NCBI RefSeq assembly: GCF_036321535.1
Contig: NC_087438.1
Location: 11,286,001 to 11,350,000 of the forward strand
Direction: 5' to 3'
DNA from: Camelus dromedarius
Lineage: Eukaryota
DNA length: 64,000 nucleotides
A model generated the notes under the pieces. It was given only the letters and a program-made list of their open reading frames with translations. It did no database searches and was not told the origin of the DNA. Position 1 is the stretch's first letter. Each line of letters begins with the position of its first letter. This document shows positions 1 through 13,192 of this stretch, piece by piece. The position numbers and the translations under genes were made by a program.

Positions 1-1127
1 AAAGCAAAATTGTGAAATACTGCCTTTTTCTTTTCCTCATAATGTGTTTAAAAATGAGCAAAGAAATCAAATTTCTACTTTAAAGCCAATGCTGTTTTGG
101 ATTTTATAAAAACTAACCAGCATCCTAGAGCAAAGAACTAAAGAAATGCTATTTCCAAAATTTACCAATTATTTCCAACTTGTTATTAGGGTAAAATAGC
201 AATATTCTCTTGAGACCTACCTCCTCACTTATATTTTAGAGGGAAATTTGGTGATGATTCAGAACACTTATAATAACATGGGAAGTTGCAATGTGAAAGC
301 AAAATATTCCTTCCTGACTTTTAATGTGTTTTCCAGAAGTTGAGACACAGGGAATGTAAGTAGAAGCCAAGAAAAAAGCAATAGAAAGGGGGTCCTTTAA
401 TAAAAATCACTGAAAAACAGATCATCTGTAATTTCTTAAAAAAATATAACTGGTAGTTATTTTTTAAATGGTTATCAAGGATTATTATGAAAGCATGACA
501 AATTCTAGAACAACGTAGAGTCAGTTCTCATTCTAACTTAGTAGCCATCACCTAAATCTAAATCTTGACTTTAACCTTGATTTCCAAGTTGCACATAAAT
601 TTTGCATATGCACATGTACATTTGGGGAGCACATTGACATTTTATTAGTTTATCCAAGGGGTCATCATGCCTAGTTAAGAACTTCAGAGCTAGGCTAGTG
701 GTTCTAAAGAAAATCTCTTTTGTCTTTACTAGTCAATAATGAAATGAATGAAATGAAGATGGCGTGTTGTTTTTTTTTTTGTAAATATAGAAGACTATTT
801 TATTTGAAATAGTGATGATAGATTCTAGTTGACAATATTGTTGTCTCTAATTAAAAAAGGATTCACTTTCTTACTTTCACTTCTTTAAGATTCATAGAGC
901 TCAAATGTGTTTGCTATACAGTGACTCATAATTAACATTATTGAGTTTGGTTACTGAAGAAGGAGTCTGGGCTGAAAGTGTACAGCAGTTTTCCACAACA
1001 AAGGTTAAATCAAAGAATTCCTTGAATAATGCTCAATTAACTCTGGATCAAGTTAATCTGCAAACTGTCTTCTTTTAGATAGGGTAGGAAAACTATTTAT
1101 TTGCTAGAGCAGCCTAGCCTTCTTTTT

Positions 1128-1273
1128 AACTATGCAGATTCTTGTACTCTCCCTGCAGGGGGCTATGAGGTGGTAGGGCACAGAGGGACTCAGGAACATG
1201 CATTTTTTTCGTTAAACATTCCCCAACTGGTTCTGAGGTAGGTGTGCTCAAATCATACTTTGATCATCACTGG
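1128..1273 (+). mobile_element. MER5-like hAT-Charlie fragment
   Basis: Resembles the MER5 3' half (tgcagattct...caggaacatgcatttt...ccccaactggttctgagg...atactttgatcatcactg); heavily diverged. Confidence 0.5.
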
Positions 1274-1432
1274 ACGAGGAGGTAAACTGTAGTTGTCCAC
1301 GTGAGAGAGAAGGAACAGCCAGGTCTCTGTGAGGCTTGGGAAGGATCCTCTAGTAGAAGAACTTGACCCAGGTTGAAGGTCAACTTCTACCGTTCACTCC
1401 CTGAATCTTTTTCCTATTGTGTAATTGAGAGA

Positions 1433-1863
1433 TACATTAGCTTCCTGGGCTGCCAGAACAAAGTGTACCGCAAGCCAGGTGACTTAAAACAATGGACAAC
1501 AACTGGAGACTAGAGGTCCATCACGAAGGCGTCAGCAGGGCTGTTTCCCCTCTGAGCCTGCATGGAAAGCTTCTTTGTCCCTTCCTGGCCTCCGGTGATA
1601 TCCATTGAGCCTTCGTGTTCCTTGGCTTGTAGCTGCAGTCACCCCGTTCTCTGCCTCTGTCACCCATGGTGGTCCCCCTGTCTCTTCTTGTTAAAGGACA
1701 TCAGTCATATAGACTAAGGATCCTTTCCACTCCAGTATGACCTCATCTTTCCTAAACCAGTCACCTCTGCAAAAATCCTACTTCCCAATACAGGTCACAT
1801 TCTGAAGTCCTGGAAGTTAGGATCTCCGCTTATCTTTTTGGAAGACACAATTTGCCCACAGCA
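1433..1863 (-). mobile_element. MLT1 (MLT1B/C-like) MaLR solo LTR
   Basis: Reverse-orientation MLT1 hallmarks: attagcttcctgggctgcc, gacttaaaacaa, ccttggcttgtagctgca, ccagtatgacctcatc, ggtcacattctga, gacacaatt. Confidence 0.85.
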
Positions 1864-3365
1864 GAAGGAGGAAGGGGGTGGGCTCGAAAAGGTCAGGGGT
1901 TCTGAAATCAGAGTCAGTGACTGGTTCAGCATGACTCTTTAAAGGTCTCTTGAGAAACAAGCTAAAATTACAGGTTTCTTTAACTCGACCTCCAGAGTCT
2001 AACTTAGGAAGTATGAGATTGTGCCTTGGGATCTGTATTAATTACCACTTTGCAGGAAATACCCTCTCTGAGGGACCCTACCAGAAGCAGCCACTTAACT
2101 GCTGTTTTACTGAATGTACTGGGTAAATGATAAGTTAGGACTCCATAAAACTTATGCAGTAAGCACGTGTAACTACGTGCAGTGTCTTCACAGTGCTCTG
2201 CTCCCACGCGGCCCTCTGTTTTCGGCCGGGGCAGGTAAGTGGTGTTCACACATTACACTTGTTTACTTAATCGTCCCATGCTCTTAAAGAAAATTAAAGC
2301 TTCTCTTAAGAACAGTTTTTTATAAAATTAAGCACAGTTTTGATGTTTTCATTTTTCCACTATTTCATTATCAAAGGGATGATGAAAATTGGGTCATTTG
2401 CTCTCATTATGACTGTTTTCTTTTCATTAATCGGGGCAAAAGCTCTGCTTGAAGTGGAATCAAAATGCGAATACGAGCTCACCCGGGCCTCTGAGGGTTT
2501 CAAGAGGCCATGCATTTGATAAAAATGGCATGTTGAAAAGTCCGCCTTTCAAGCTAGAATACAGATAAAATAGAGATGGACTGAAGCGAATGGAGCTCTT
2601 CGCTGCAGACACGCTCAATAATACATATGTTGTTAATCCCTGGTCGTTTCCAAGTAATTGCAGGCTTCTTCATGGAACCAATTTTCTGATTTGGGAGACT
2701 GAGATAATTCAAATTGCATGTCTTTAAGTAGGATAATAAGTGGAGTCTGCCAGTGCTTGTTTGCATAGCTGCTCATGCTGAAGGAAGGAATTGGACGATG
2801 TGTGACTTAAAACGATAGTTTTGTCATTTAGTCCTTTCTTTGGCAAGTGGGGTCACAGCAGTCTAAGTATGAACAAGTGTGTCTGGGGATTGCTGAGTTA
2901 CATGTTGAGTGGAATTTATAATTTTTACTGTGTAGTTGGCTGTGTCAAGTAATGCATTTAAAAAAAAAGCAAATGTGGTTGATATGTGAACAATTTATAA
3001 TCCGTGCATAGTTTCCTTTGAGTTTTTTACTTACACTTGTGGTCCAGTGGGACTTTTTCTCTACAGTGTCATTGTCACTGATCTGCATTTAGTTTGCAAT
3101 ATTCCATCCAGTATATTTGCCTCTCTGGTGATGTTGCGTGTAAAATGAGGTACAGATTTTTGATGATTCCTTGCCAGTCTGGTCCACAAAGTATTTTGCC
3201 TGAATTATTGTCTCATAGAAAGCATTTTTATATGAATTCCCAAATATTTTAATGTTTGTATGGCATGTATGGATCTAGATTTAGGAGGAGTGTGACTGGA
3301 TGCAGATGATGTCTGTGAACTTTTCTCAAGGTCAAGTTGAAGATAGAGAGAAATTATTTCTGAAC

Positions 3366-3635
3366 TTTTTTTGGGGAGTATAGTTGATGTACAATTTTGT
3401 GTTCATTACAGGTATATAGCAAAGTGATTCGGTTATACATATATGTATATATCTATATTCTTTTAAAATTCTTTTCCATTATACTTTATTATAATATATT
3501 TAATATAATTCCTGTGCAATACAGTAAATCCTTGTTGTTTACCTATTTTATATATGGTAGGGTGCCTCTATTAATCCCATACTCCCTGTTTATCCCTCCC
3601 CACTCCCCCTTTAGTAACCATAACTTTGTTTTCTA
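3366..3635 (-). mobile_element. 5'-truncated L1 3' end (cetartiodactyl-type 3' UTR)
   Basis: Poly-T then gtatagttgatgtacaat...gcaaagtgattcggttatacat...cctgtgcaatacagtaaatccttgttg...gtaaccataa; same 3' UTR type as at 21845 and 47144. Confidence 0.85.
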
Positions 3636-4299
3636 CAAGAAATGCTGTTTCTTTTCATCATATCTTTTTGGTTCGTCCAGCGTCCACTAAGACTGAAGCC
3701 TTGATTTCCAGATTATTAGAGAAGGGTTGCATATTCTCTTGAGAGATCTACTATTGTTTGTGTCTCTGGGTCAATAGTCATCAAAGAGAAGTATGAGAAT
3801 CTAAGCTGAATAACACTCCAATAGTCCAAAGACTAGCGATGACATCCCACGTAAATATTCAGACCTTCACTGGAAAACGGTAGTTTCAGGCAGAGTAGCA
3901 CATATATTATCATTCAGTCTCAGAATTTACCGGCTGTTCCTCATCAAGTCGTTGGGTTTTCTCACTTGCAATGGTTTCCTTTTGGCTACAGCTTACGTTT
4001 ACTGCCGTGCTTCAGTTCTCGCATTTGTGTACTAACCAATTAATTAATGTAAAAATAGTTCTCAAATATTTACTGCCTGGCTGCACACACTCGGGTTAAA
4101 CAACTTAAGAGAAACTCTCAGTTTAATTGAGGAGCTAGATCCAGGGGGAGAAAATTCCATTGTTGGAATATGATAATTGGTACAGTATAGCACAAGGGCG
4201 CGATGTGAAAAAGAATGTGTGAGAAAGAAAGTAACAAGAAATCCACGGGTTGTAAGATACTCCTCGTGAAATGGGCGATTATAATGAAGATGTTCTTCA

Positions 4300-4720
4300 A
4301 ACTATTTATTCCTTTACTGTGTATTTACTGAGCATTTCTATGTGTCGGACATTGTGCTGACAAGGACAGGAATGTGGATGGACCTTAAGACTCCCAGGTT
4401 GGGAGGAAGATAGTTAAGTGGATGGAACATCACAGCCTTGGGAAGGAGCTGCCCCAGAGAATGGAGGGCAGTACCCTGGAGCATAGAGGCAGGCGCGCTT
4501 GAGGAGTAAAGAAAGTGAGGTCCATGGAGACGAGCACAAATAAAAATGGGGTCATTGAAAGAGATGAGGGATCCTCACAGAAACTAACGCAGAGGGTGTC
4601 TGGCCTCCAGAGAACGGGACTTGGTGTAGTGTGCTGAGGCCAGAAGCTAGGTGGAAATAAATAGGTGCTGATTCTGAAGGATGTGACCTATTTGATTCAA
4701 AAGTGGAAGTGTTGGAATTT
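4300..4720 (-). mobile_element. L2 remnant
   Basis: tatttactgagcatttctatgtgtcggacattgtgctg (reverse L2 3' end) followed by purine-rich L2-like body. Confidence 0.55.
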
Positions 4721-5094
4721 TATTTTAATAGTATAATTTTTTTATAAGATAATGTCCAATTCAGTCTCCTAAGTGACAGTGAGCTCACTGTAACTCAAAA
4801 AGTATATAACTTTAATGGCCTGGAGACATATGATAACAAATGCAATTATATTTTCCCCCAGAACACAAGGATATGACTACCTTATATTGTGCACGGCAGA
4901 TAAACAAGGTCACACTCAGGCAGTGGCAGGTCCTGGTTTATTCCATCAGCCCTGAGGGGTAAGCTGGCATTGCAGTGACACTTGACTCCACTGTGTCCTC
5001 CGTCCTTCAGTGGCCTGGATTCCTGCTCCTTTTGCTGCTCCTGCTGGTTCTGGAGGGGGAAGAGGTCACTCTTCAGGGCATCCAGTTGAAATTT

Positions 5095-5230
5095 TGCTTG
5101 TGCTGCCCAGGAACTTGGTGACTTAGGGAAATCCTTCAGTCTCTTAGGACCTCAGTTCCTTATTTATAAAATGAGAGACTGTCATGATGGCCTCTCTAAC
5201 TTTGATATTCAAAGACTCCAAGTTCTGTAA
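5095..5230 (+). mobile_element. MIR remnant
   Basis: MIR core: gtgacttagggaaatccttcagtctcttaggacctcagttccttatttataaaatgag. Confidence 0.7.
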
Positions 5231-5253
5231 TTCAATGGCAGGACTCTTTTTAT

Positions 5254-5267
5254 TGCTCGCTTGCTTT

Positions 5268-5306
<39 letters not shown>

Positions 5307-5392
5307 TCTCTCCTTTTCTTTCTTTCTTCCTTTCTTCTTTTCTTCTTTTCTTCCTTTCTTCTTTCCTTTCTTTCCTTTTTTTCCGTTCTTTC
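5254..5392. repeat. (TTGC)n microsatellite running into a (TTTC)-rich polypyrimidine tract
   Basis: Directly visible. Confidence 0.95.
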
Positions 5393-5520
5393 TATGTGAG
5401 TTACAGAAACTATAAAACTATAACATATGTATTTTGACCTTTGAATCTAAGGCAATTCTTTTAGGTAAAAAAGTTTTCTTTGAGATGATTCAGGTAGAAC
5501 CTTCACCTTTGACAGGGATT

Positions 5521-5671
5521 TAAAAAAAAAATTTTGTTTGTTTTGTTTTGAGGGGGAAGGTAATTAGGGTTGTTTATTTATTTTTATTTAATGGAGGTAC
5601 TGGGGATTAAACCCATGGCCTCATGCATGATAAGCATGTGCTCTACCACTGAGCTATACCCACCCTCCCCC
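5521..5671 (-). mobile_element. tRNA-derived camelid SINE (Vic-1-like), long form
   Basis: Reverse complement reads gggtatagctcagtggtagagcacatgcttatcatgcatgaggccatgggtttaatccccagtacctcc (A box TAGCTCAGTGG, degenerate B box), then an AT-rich stretch, cctaattaccttcccc and an A-rich tail; imperfect TSD gacagggatt (5511) / gacatggggatt (5672). Confidence 0.9.
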
Positions 5672-6424
5672 GACATGGGGATTCTGAAAGACAATTACAG
5701 AAAACAGCTGTAATGCAGAACTCCATGTGGTAATTTCAAATCCAAGAATTAGATTCAAATCCTCTGACAGTTTTCCATCTCCCATCAGTCGTGTCCAAGA
5801 TACAGCATTTCTTCTGTTTCATCCCTTAGTTGGAGTTAAATTCTTCTGGAGACTAGGCTGCATATTTTTATTTATTTTTTAAATCCAGAATGCTCTTTGT
5901 CATCTGACAGAGTAACATATTAAACTGCTTAAAATGCTTTGTGAATGAAATCACATGTCTGAAACGCTGTGTCCATTACGAGAGCTCTCCAAGGGCAGGC
6001 TTGTGTTTGTTCAGTCCCCTTTGTCCTTTTTGTCTTACCTAGTTTCTCATCCCCAGGCTTTTTCTCTCTCTTCAATCCCAGTAGTGATCTTAGGCATAAA
6101 GCAGATTTCTATGCAAAGGCAGTTTGTTCAAATTGGTAGGGTGGATTACATAAAAAAAAAAAAAATTATTTGGGCATTTTTTATCTGGTTTAAATGGATT
6201 AAAAAGAATCATGATGATCAGAGCTTCAGGGCTGCCCCCTCATCTGATTTTACATTCTCACAAGCTTCTGTGGTTGAAGGAAAATTGCATTGAATTTTCA
6301 TAAACACATTATTATCTAACTCCCTCCCATCTTAACGTGTTTTGACATCAAATCCTTAAATATGTATTGACGATCTCCACGTGAGAGGCTAAGTAGTGTA
6401 ACATGCACATTTAAGCTCATGTAC

Positions 6425-6705
6425 ACAAGAACATGAACCCACGAGGGCAGGAATTCCTCTTTGTTATTGTTACATTCCTTTTGTCTTCAACAGTGTTTGG
6501 CAAATTAAGTTGCTAACGAGATTAAATTAATGAATGTGAGAATAACCCACGTTCACAAGAGGATGAGAACGGTTCCTGTTTTGTACAGCTTGTGTCTGCA
6601 GCCCCTAGGACAGTGTCTGCCTCTCATTTGTTGAGTGAGTGAATGGACTTAAGGATTGGGTCCTGGTTGTTAAAGAGTTTACAGTCTGGTTTGGGAGACA
6701 GATTG
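6425..6705. mobile_element. Cluster of short L2 3' fragments
   Basis: Two plus-strand L2-like ends (gagggcagg...aacagtgtttggca...taatgaatg; cctaggacagtgtctg...tttgttgagtgagtgaatg) and a minus-strand piece (gagtttacagtctggtttgggagacaga). Confidence 0.5.
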
Positions 6706-6874
6706 GCAAAATAGTCAAGAGCAGTAATGTTTTGGGACCACAATGGAAAATTATCACAAAACAGTCATATTTTAATTGTCCAAATAATAACATAAATGAT
6801 TGTTCTAGATATTCAAGGCTGGAAAATAATGTATGACATACACTACCCCTAAGACTTTGACTTTGCTGGATTAT

Positions 6875-7780
6875 TTTTATTTATGTATGTACTGAATAAA
6901 TCTTTACATGCCTCTATGGTCCAGGCAGTATATCAGGTGCTGGGGAGTCAACAGTGAATAAATAGATGTAGGTCTTGTGCAAATTGAACTCACAGTCAAA
7001 TGGGGAAAACAGTCTAAAAAAGTAATAAATAAAATGAAAAATTTTGAAGGGAAAAATGAGAGGAGCTACCTCTGAAAGGCTAAATGAGAAGAGTGGAATC
7101 TTTGAGCTGAATTTAAGGAATCTACTTTTCAAAGAACATTCCAGGTAGATGAGGCTTTGTGTATAAAGGCCCTTAGTCTCTGAGGCTGTGAGGAATTCAG
7201 TCCCCAAGACAGCTGTTCTGGATGGGGATGAAGTGGCAGGTACCAAAGGATTTTGAACAGGAGGGCTTGGTTAATCAGTATACCATGATGGACATGATAT
7301 AACGACTTTTTAAAGACATTCACCCTTGCTTACAAGTGGAGAATGGATTGTGGAGCCCAAGAATGGAAGTAGGCATTTTAATAGTTCATCAGAGGACTTG
7401 ATTAAGGTAGCAGCAGTGAAGAACATGTGATCTGGAAGGATTTGAGGTCAAACTAAAGAATTTGCTGTTGGAAAAAAAAAGTGGAGGATGGCTAAGGGAA
7501 AAGGGGTCAAGGAGGAGTTCTAGCTTCCCGACTGAATTAAAGGGGGAAAGTGGGGTTCTTTATTGAGGTGGAAAATACCAGTGGAAAGAAACAAATCTGG
7601 GGTGGGGAAGCATGGATTCAATGGTGGACAAGTTAAGCTTGAGATATCTGCCAGGTAAACTCAGAGATGTGAAGTCAGAGCAGGGAACTAGACGTGTGAA
7701 TGTGGATCTCAGAGGAAAGGTCTGAACTGATGATGTAGACAGGGGAGACCCCAACATGTTGAGGCCCCAGTGATGGAGAA
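6875..7780 (-). mobile_element. L2 remnant (~0.9 kb)
   Basis: ggtgctggggagtcaacagtgaataa, ggattttgaacagg, gtggagaatggattg, ggggtcaaggaggagttctag, ttaagcttgagatatctg, tcagaggaaaggtctgaactg. Confidence 0.75.
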
Positions 7781-10579
7781 CCAGCCGGACATATGAATAT
7801 TCCATGAATACTCATCATTGTACAGCGTTTGATACGTTGTAAGTTCTCAATTGATCGTTATCAATTAAATGAAATTTGTTCTGTAAATATATCCAAAGGT
7901 TTTGAGAGGCATCCAAACGAACACTCACTGTAACTGGCTACACCCTCAATCCTAAGATCAGTGTATGAAAATTATACAAATATTTTCAATATTCTTTATT
8001 ACGTGCAAACTTCCAGAGTGAATTCCACCCTAAGGCAGACATTTAGGATTGGGACAGGGATTTCATCTGTTAATATTCTACTACGTTAAACAAAGCAGTT
8101 ATCATGGTAAGTTTTCACGTTTCGGTGCACGTATCTCTCATTTTCAGTAAAGAATTGTTTGAAAAATTTAAAGAATAAAGATCTAATGTTTTTAAACTGA
8201 GCGCACTTAGGATGAACATATTACATGCTTGTTAGTGACACCTCCGCTGGGCAGGGATGTTGTCATTTGGCTCCGTTGCTGTACCATGGCATCCAAGGCC
8301 AAAGAAGGATGACCAGATTTTTGCACTTGCCAGGTTGAAGCCAGGAGCTTCATAAGGAATAGGAAGACTCTTTGTGATTCCCCAAACACTGTGGAATCAG
8401 AGGAGGCACAGCACCCTGGAGGGCTGCAGTGTGACAGTGGAGTTCCACAGAATGTTGTCACAAAGAAAGATTGAGCAACCATGAGAAGGAATGGTTGACC
8501 TATGATTTTCTAGCGCCTTCGACATTAAAAACTATTGGTTGGATCTGTCAGAAATTATTTCCTCTTCAATATCCTTTTTCCCAGGATAATAATATAGTGG
8601 GAGTCAGAAGGTAAACAGAAGTTAATTACAGAAATGGGTTTTATTGCTTATTTGCTAGTTATGTCTATAAACCATATAAAGTGGGTTTATGGGCAGGGTG
8701 TAGACTGTGTCAGCCTGTCCACCATCCAGGGCTGCAGTCATCCAGCCTTTCTTAGCACAGATGTTTTTCTTGACCACCCCACCTTTGGGTATTGACTTCT
8801 CCTACTATTTCTGCCTCACTGAGTTGCCCTCCTCAAAGGGCTGTAGCACTTTTCCTGCCACTACAGAGTTTCCAAAGGAGAAACACGTGGTCCGTCTTGC
8901 TCTTGATGTACTGTATTAAAATATTTACTTTTCATTCATCTTCAACAGATAATTTTTGAGCACCTACTTTGACAGTTCTACAGAGGACCAAAGTGTAAAG
9001 TACAGACCACAGTCTGAGCCGGACTGAGTCGGGCCGGTTAGTATGCCCCAAGTCACATCAAGGCTTCTTGAAGCACCTTCATGCCCTCCAGTCCTCATGG
9101 GAGATCTTGCTTTAGTCGCGGTGGGAATGGATAAGTAGCCAGGAGTAATGACAGGGATTTCTTCTTTGTATGTCTCCAACCATCTACGTATCCACTGTGT
9201 GCGCTGCTTCTTCCATTTCCTCCCCCTTTACCTCTATTTCCTGTCCCACCTCTTTATCAGCATACTCTTTCCTTTTTATAGCTTTAATCTTGTTCTCTTC
9301 CTAAACTGGCAGACAGTTTTTGTTGGTATTTCTATGCCAACCTTTGATTATGCATTTCCCACAAGACTAAAGTGCTTTTCTGCTTCCAGTTTCTCTCTCC
9401 AGTCTACATCTCTTCACGCCTGGGACTGGGGTGGTGTCTGACTGGGGATGGTATCTGACTTGCCCTGGTCTCTAATCAAAAGAGCATAAATCTGACATCT
9501 GAAGACAAACCACAGTGCTATCCATTCTTTCCCAGCATCGTCTGCTTACTGTGGTATTTATACAATTAGCCCCATCTCTAGAGATGGAGGAGTCCAGACT
9601 ATCACCTGGTACCCATTTCTCAGCTAATGGGACAGAGGCAGAAGCCTGTAGAACAAAAAGGTCTATTTCCAAATGAAAACTAGATATGCTGAATCCCAGT
9701 GGAGTCCTGAGTCCACTCTCTGCCCTGTGTCTTAGCAGGTATGGAAGGGTGCCTTTACGTAATTTTCTCTACTAATCAACTCCACCATTCCTTTACCTGG
9801 AAAATTAGTAATCCAAGTAAACTTCCATTACTGCAGCTAGAACTTACAACTTCTGGCATGCAAGGAGCCGGAGTGCCACGTTTAGTTACTGATGCCAACT
9901 ATCATATTGCCTGACATCTCAGTGCTGGAGTTCTCTTTGCCAGTTTATTTTTGCTGTAGGGGATGAAAAATCAGTTATCAGATCCCCTGACCACTTGTGT
10001 AAATCTCCGGGACAATATCTTCAGAAGAAAACAGTTTATTTTTTCCTCTCTCACTTCAAGAAACCTGAGCCAATAATCAAATGTGCTTTTATTCTCAGTT
10101 CTATTCACGTGAATCCTCCAAGTTATGTCTTTTTCTTTGGGGTTTTATTTGTTTTCAAACCAGAAGAGCACTTTAAGTAAAGTTTATGGAATTTAAAAAT
10201 GCCCAAGGCTTAGTAACACACTATTGGAATATTTGAATATCACTAAATTTGCAGCAATAAAGTTATGTGTTGTGGGTTTTTTGGCAAGGGATAAATGTTG
10301 GAGTTGTCCCAGGAAACGTTTTCTCACATAGTTGGTCATTGACTCAAATGGCACGTGTTCTGCAATCATACTTGCATGACATTGGTGGGTCTCTAGACAC
10401 AGTTAGTTCCTTCTCACTGAATGATCAAGAATGTTTTTTAAATGCAGCACCTGCTCTCTGAAAGATGCTGGGGCCAAGACTGGAGAAGTCCCTGGGTCTT
10501 GACCACAAGGAACTTACAATCTAGTTGGGAAGTTAAGACATTACACTGTGGTCCCAAAGACATCATTAAAAATGTAAAC

Positions 10580-11352
10580 ACTGTCGTCTCTACCTTCAAA
10601 ACATAAAGAGTCTGATTCCTGCTTATCACATCCATCGCTGCCACCTATCCTGTCCATTAAGCCACTGTCATCTCTCATCCCGAGGATTATTGCTGTAATC
10701 TCCCAAATGATATCTCTGCACTTCCACTGTTGCCCTCGTTAGCCTGTTCTCTACATAGTAATCAAGGTGATCCAGTTGAAGAATGAGTTGGATCATGCCA
10801 GTCCTCTGTTGAAAGCCCTTAGAAGCTCCTGGACCCACTTGGAGTAGAGCCAGTGTCCTTGCAATATAGATAAGATTCTACACACAATCCAGCCACACAC
10901 TCCCTCTTTGACTCTCTGCTTTCAGCGTTTACCAGTTTTCCTCTGGCACACTCTGCTCCATCCACGCTCACCACTTTGCTCTTCTGGGAGTACACCGGGA
11001 AGGCCACTACCTCAGGGCCTTTGCACCTGCTGATCCTGCTGCCTGGAATCCTCTTTTGCCCAGATGACTACTCACCCCTCACATGTTCAGGTCTTCACTC
11101 ACAGTGAGATCTTTTTAGGCCACATTATCTTAAATTGGGCTCTCATATGCACACACACACATGCGTGCTTTGATTTTTCTATATATATATCACCATGTGA
11201 AGCCGTAGTATTTCATGTATTGTCTTTCTTTTTCCTCAGTAGGAAGGAAGCTCTATGAAGGCAGTTTTTTTTTACAGTTTTGTCTCCCATATCTTTAACA
11301 CCTAGAATGGTGCCTGACACACAGTAAGTAGCTAATAAATATTTACTGAATG
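10580..11352 (+). mobile_element. L2 (L2a-like) 3' region
   Basis: ctaccttcaaaa, aagccactgtcatctctc, cctcagggcctttgcacctgctg, cctagaatggtgcctgacacacagtaagtagctaataaatatttactgaatga. Confidence 0.85.
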
Positions 11353-11379
11353 ATTATTTTTATTTCACACATGAAGGGC

Positions 11380-11620
11380 TGTATTAGTTTCTTAGAGCTG
11401 CTGTAACGAAGTGTCATGAATTGGATGGCTTAAAGCACAGCTGTATTGTCCACGGCTCTGGAGGATGGAAGTCTAAAATCAAGGTGTCTGCAGAGCCATG
11501 CTCCCTCTAAAACCTGTCCGGGAGAATCCTTACTTGCCTCTTCCAGCTTCAGGGAGCCTCAGGTGCTAACTTCAGCTGCAGCCCCTGAATCTTCTGCCTC
11601 CAATGTCACATGGCATTCTT
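11380..11620 (-). mobile_element. MLT1 LTR fragment
   Basis: tgtattagtttcttagagctgctgtaac...ggcttaaa...ctggaggatggaagtctaaaatcaaggtgtc...cttgcctcttccagcttc. Confidence 0.8.
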
Positions 11621-12420
11621 TCCTCATTTGGAGTGGGGTGGAAGGAAAAACTCTTCCCTTAGTATGTGACCTCCCTTTTGCCTTTAAAATTTGACCAGAC
11701 TAATATCCCATCAGCACAGCTCTGGTCCAGCATCTACTCTGACCAAAAAAACCTTCATCATCTATAAGTTGTCTAAATTCTCTAGTCTCAGATTTGAGGC
11801 TTTCCACATTTTATTAGCCATCCACCATCACATAACCTGTGACCAATCTAACGTGTAGGATTTGCTCCTCTCCATCAGTATCCTTTGCTGCATCCCTACA
11901 CGTCTCTTGCACTTTTTCCTAGAACCCTTCTCCAGAGCAACCATTACTTAAAGCCTTTCCTGCTGTCTTTCATCCTAAGTCCAACTTCTCCATCTTCAAA
12001 GTGTGCGTGCAAGTTTACCCCTACCTTTTTGAAGACATTTATTGTTTCACACCCTGCTTGAAAGTATATGTGAATGAAGGTTTTGTCTCCTCTAAATTAG
12101 GATGATAAACATACCAGCAGTATTATTTTTTAGTTGATAAAACTTGTCAGAAGATTGTAGATTTAAATTTTAAGAAAATTTTTTTGTTCTGGATCAAAGA
12201 GTCTGATGTTTCAAATGTAAGAACATGTTTTTCTTCAGTCGTTTTCTGAGACAGCAATGCACAATGATGAAATGAGGTTAAGAAGGGTGAGAAACAAGAA
12301 TTAGGAAATGTGAAGAAAGTTCGGTGGATATTAAAAAAATCTATCATGACATGTAGCCATCTTTGTTTTTTGTGTTTCAAGCACCTACACTCTCTTTGGA
12401 AAATAAATTATTTTACATAT

Positions 12421-12935
12421 TGTGGTTGGCAAAATGATGTCCTTCCAAAGATGGCCCTTATCCTAATTCCTGGAACCCATGAATATGTTAAGTTATATGG
12501 CAAAAGGGACCCTGCAGCTATGATTAAATTAAAGATCTTGAGATGGGAGATTATTCTGGGTTATCTGGCTGGATCCAAGATAACAACAAGGGTTCTTATT
12601 AAAAAAAAAAAAAAAGAAGCAAGAGGATCAGACTCTGAGAAGGAGATGTAACAACAAAAACAGAGAAGAAAAAAGGGATCATGACGACAGAAGCAGAGAA
12701 AGAGACTGAAGCATTGGCTTTGAAGATAGAGGATGAGGCCATAAGCCAAAGAATGTAGGTGGCCTCTAGGCACTAGGAAATGAATTCTCCCCCAGAGCTT
12801 CCAGACGAATGCAGACCTGCTGACACCTAGGTTTTAGGACTTTTGACCCCCAGAACTGTAAGAGAATAAATTTGTGTTGTTTTGAGTCATTTAATTTACG
12901 GTAGTTTATTACAGTGGCAACAGAAAACTAACACA
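12421..12935 (+). mobile_element. MLT1D-like MaLR solo LTR, full length
   Basis: TG...CA termini (tgtggttggcaaaat...gaaaactaacaca); gagatgggagattattctgg; cagaactgtaagagaataaatttgtgttgttt; 5-bp flanks catat/gatat. Confidence 0.9.
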
Positions 12936-12970
12936 GATATTTTAAGGTTCCCACAATTAAAAGCAGAGAC

Positions 12971-13192
12971 CAGGGATTGGCAATCTTTTCTATAAAGGAC
13001 CAGATATTAAGTATTTTATGCTTTGTGGGCCATATGGTTTCTGTCACAATTGCTCAGCTCTGCCATGTAGCATGAAGGGAGCCAGAGACAATATGTAAAT
13101 AAACGGATGTGGCTATGTTCCAATAAAACTTTATTTACAAAAATAGGCAATAGACTGGATTTGGCCCATGGGCTGTAGCTTGCTGATATGTG
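12971..13192 (+). mobile_element. MER58A (hAT-Charlie MITE)
   Basis: cagggattggcaa...aaaggaccagata...gtgggccatatgg...ccaataaaactttatttacaaaaa...ggatttggcccatgggctgtag. Confidence 0.9.

Noticed and set aside
1152..1165. CTCF-like CCTGCAGGGGGC
   Set aside because: A single partial motif inside a decayed MER5-like repeat; unsupported without ChIP data
2581..2608. Short hairpin ctgaagcgaa...ttcgctgcag
   Set aside because: A 10-bp stem with a mismatch is too short for a pre-miRNA and is at chance level
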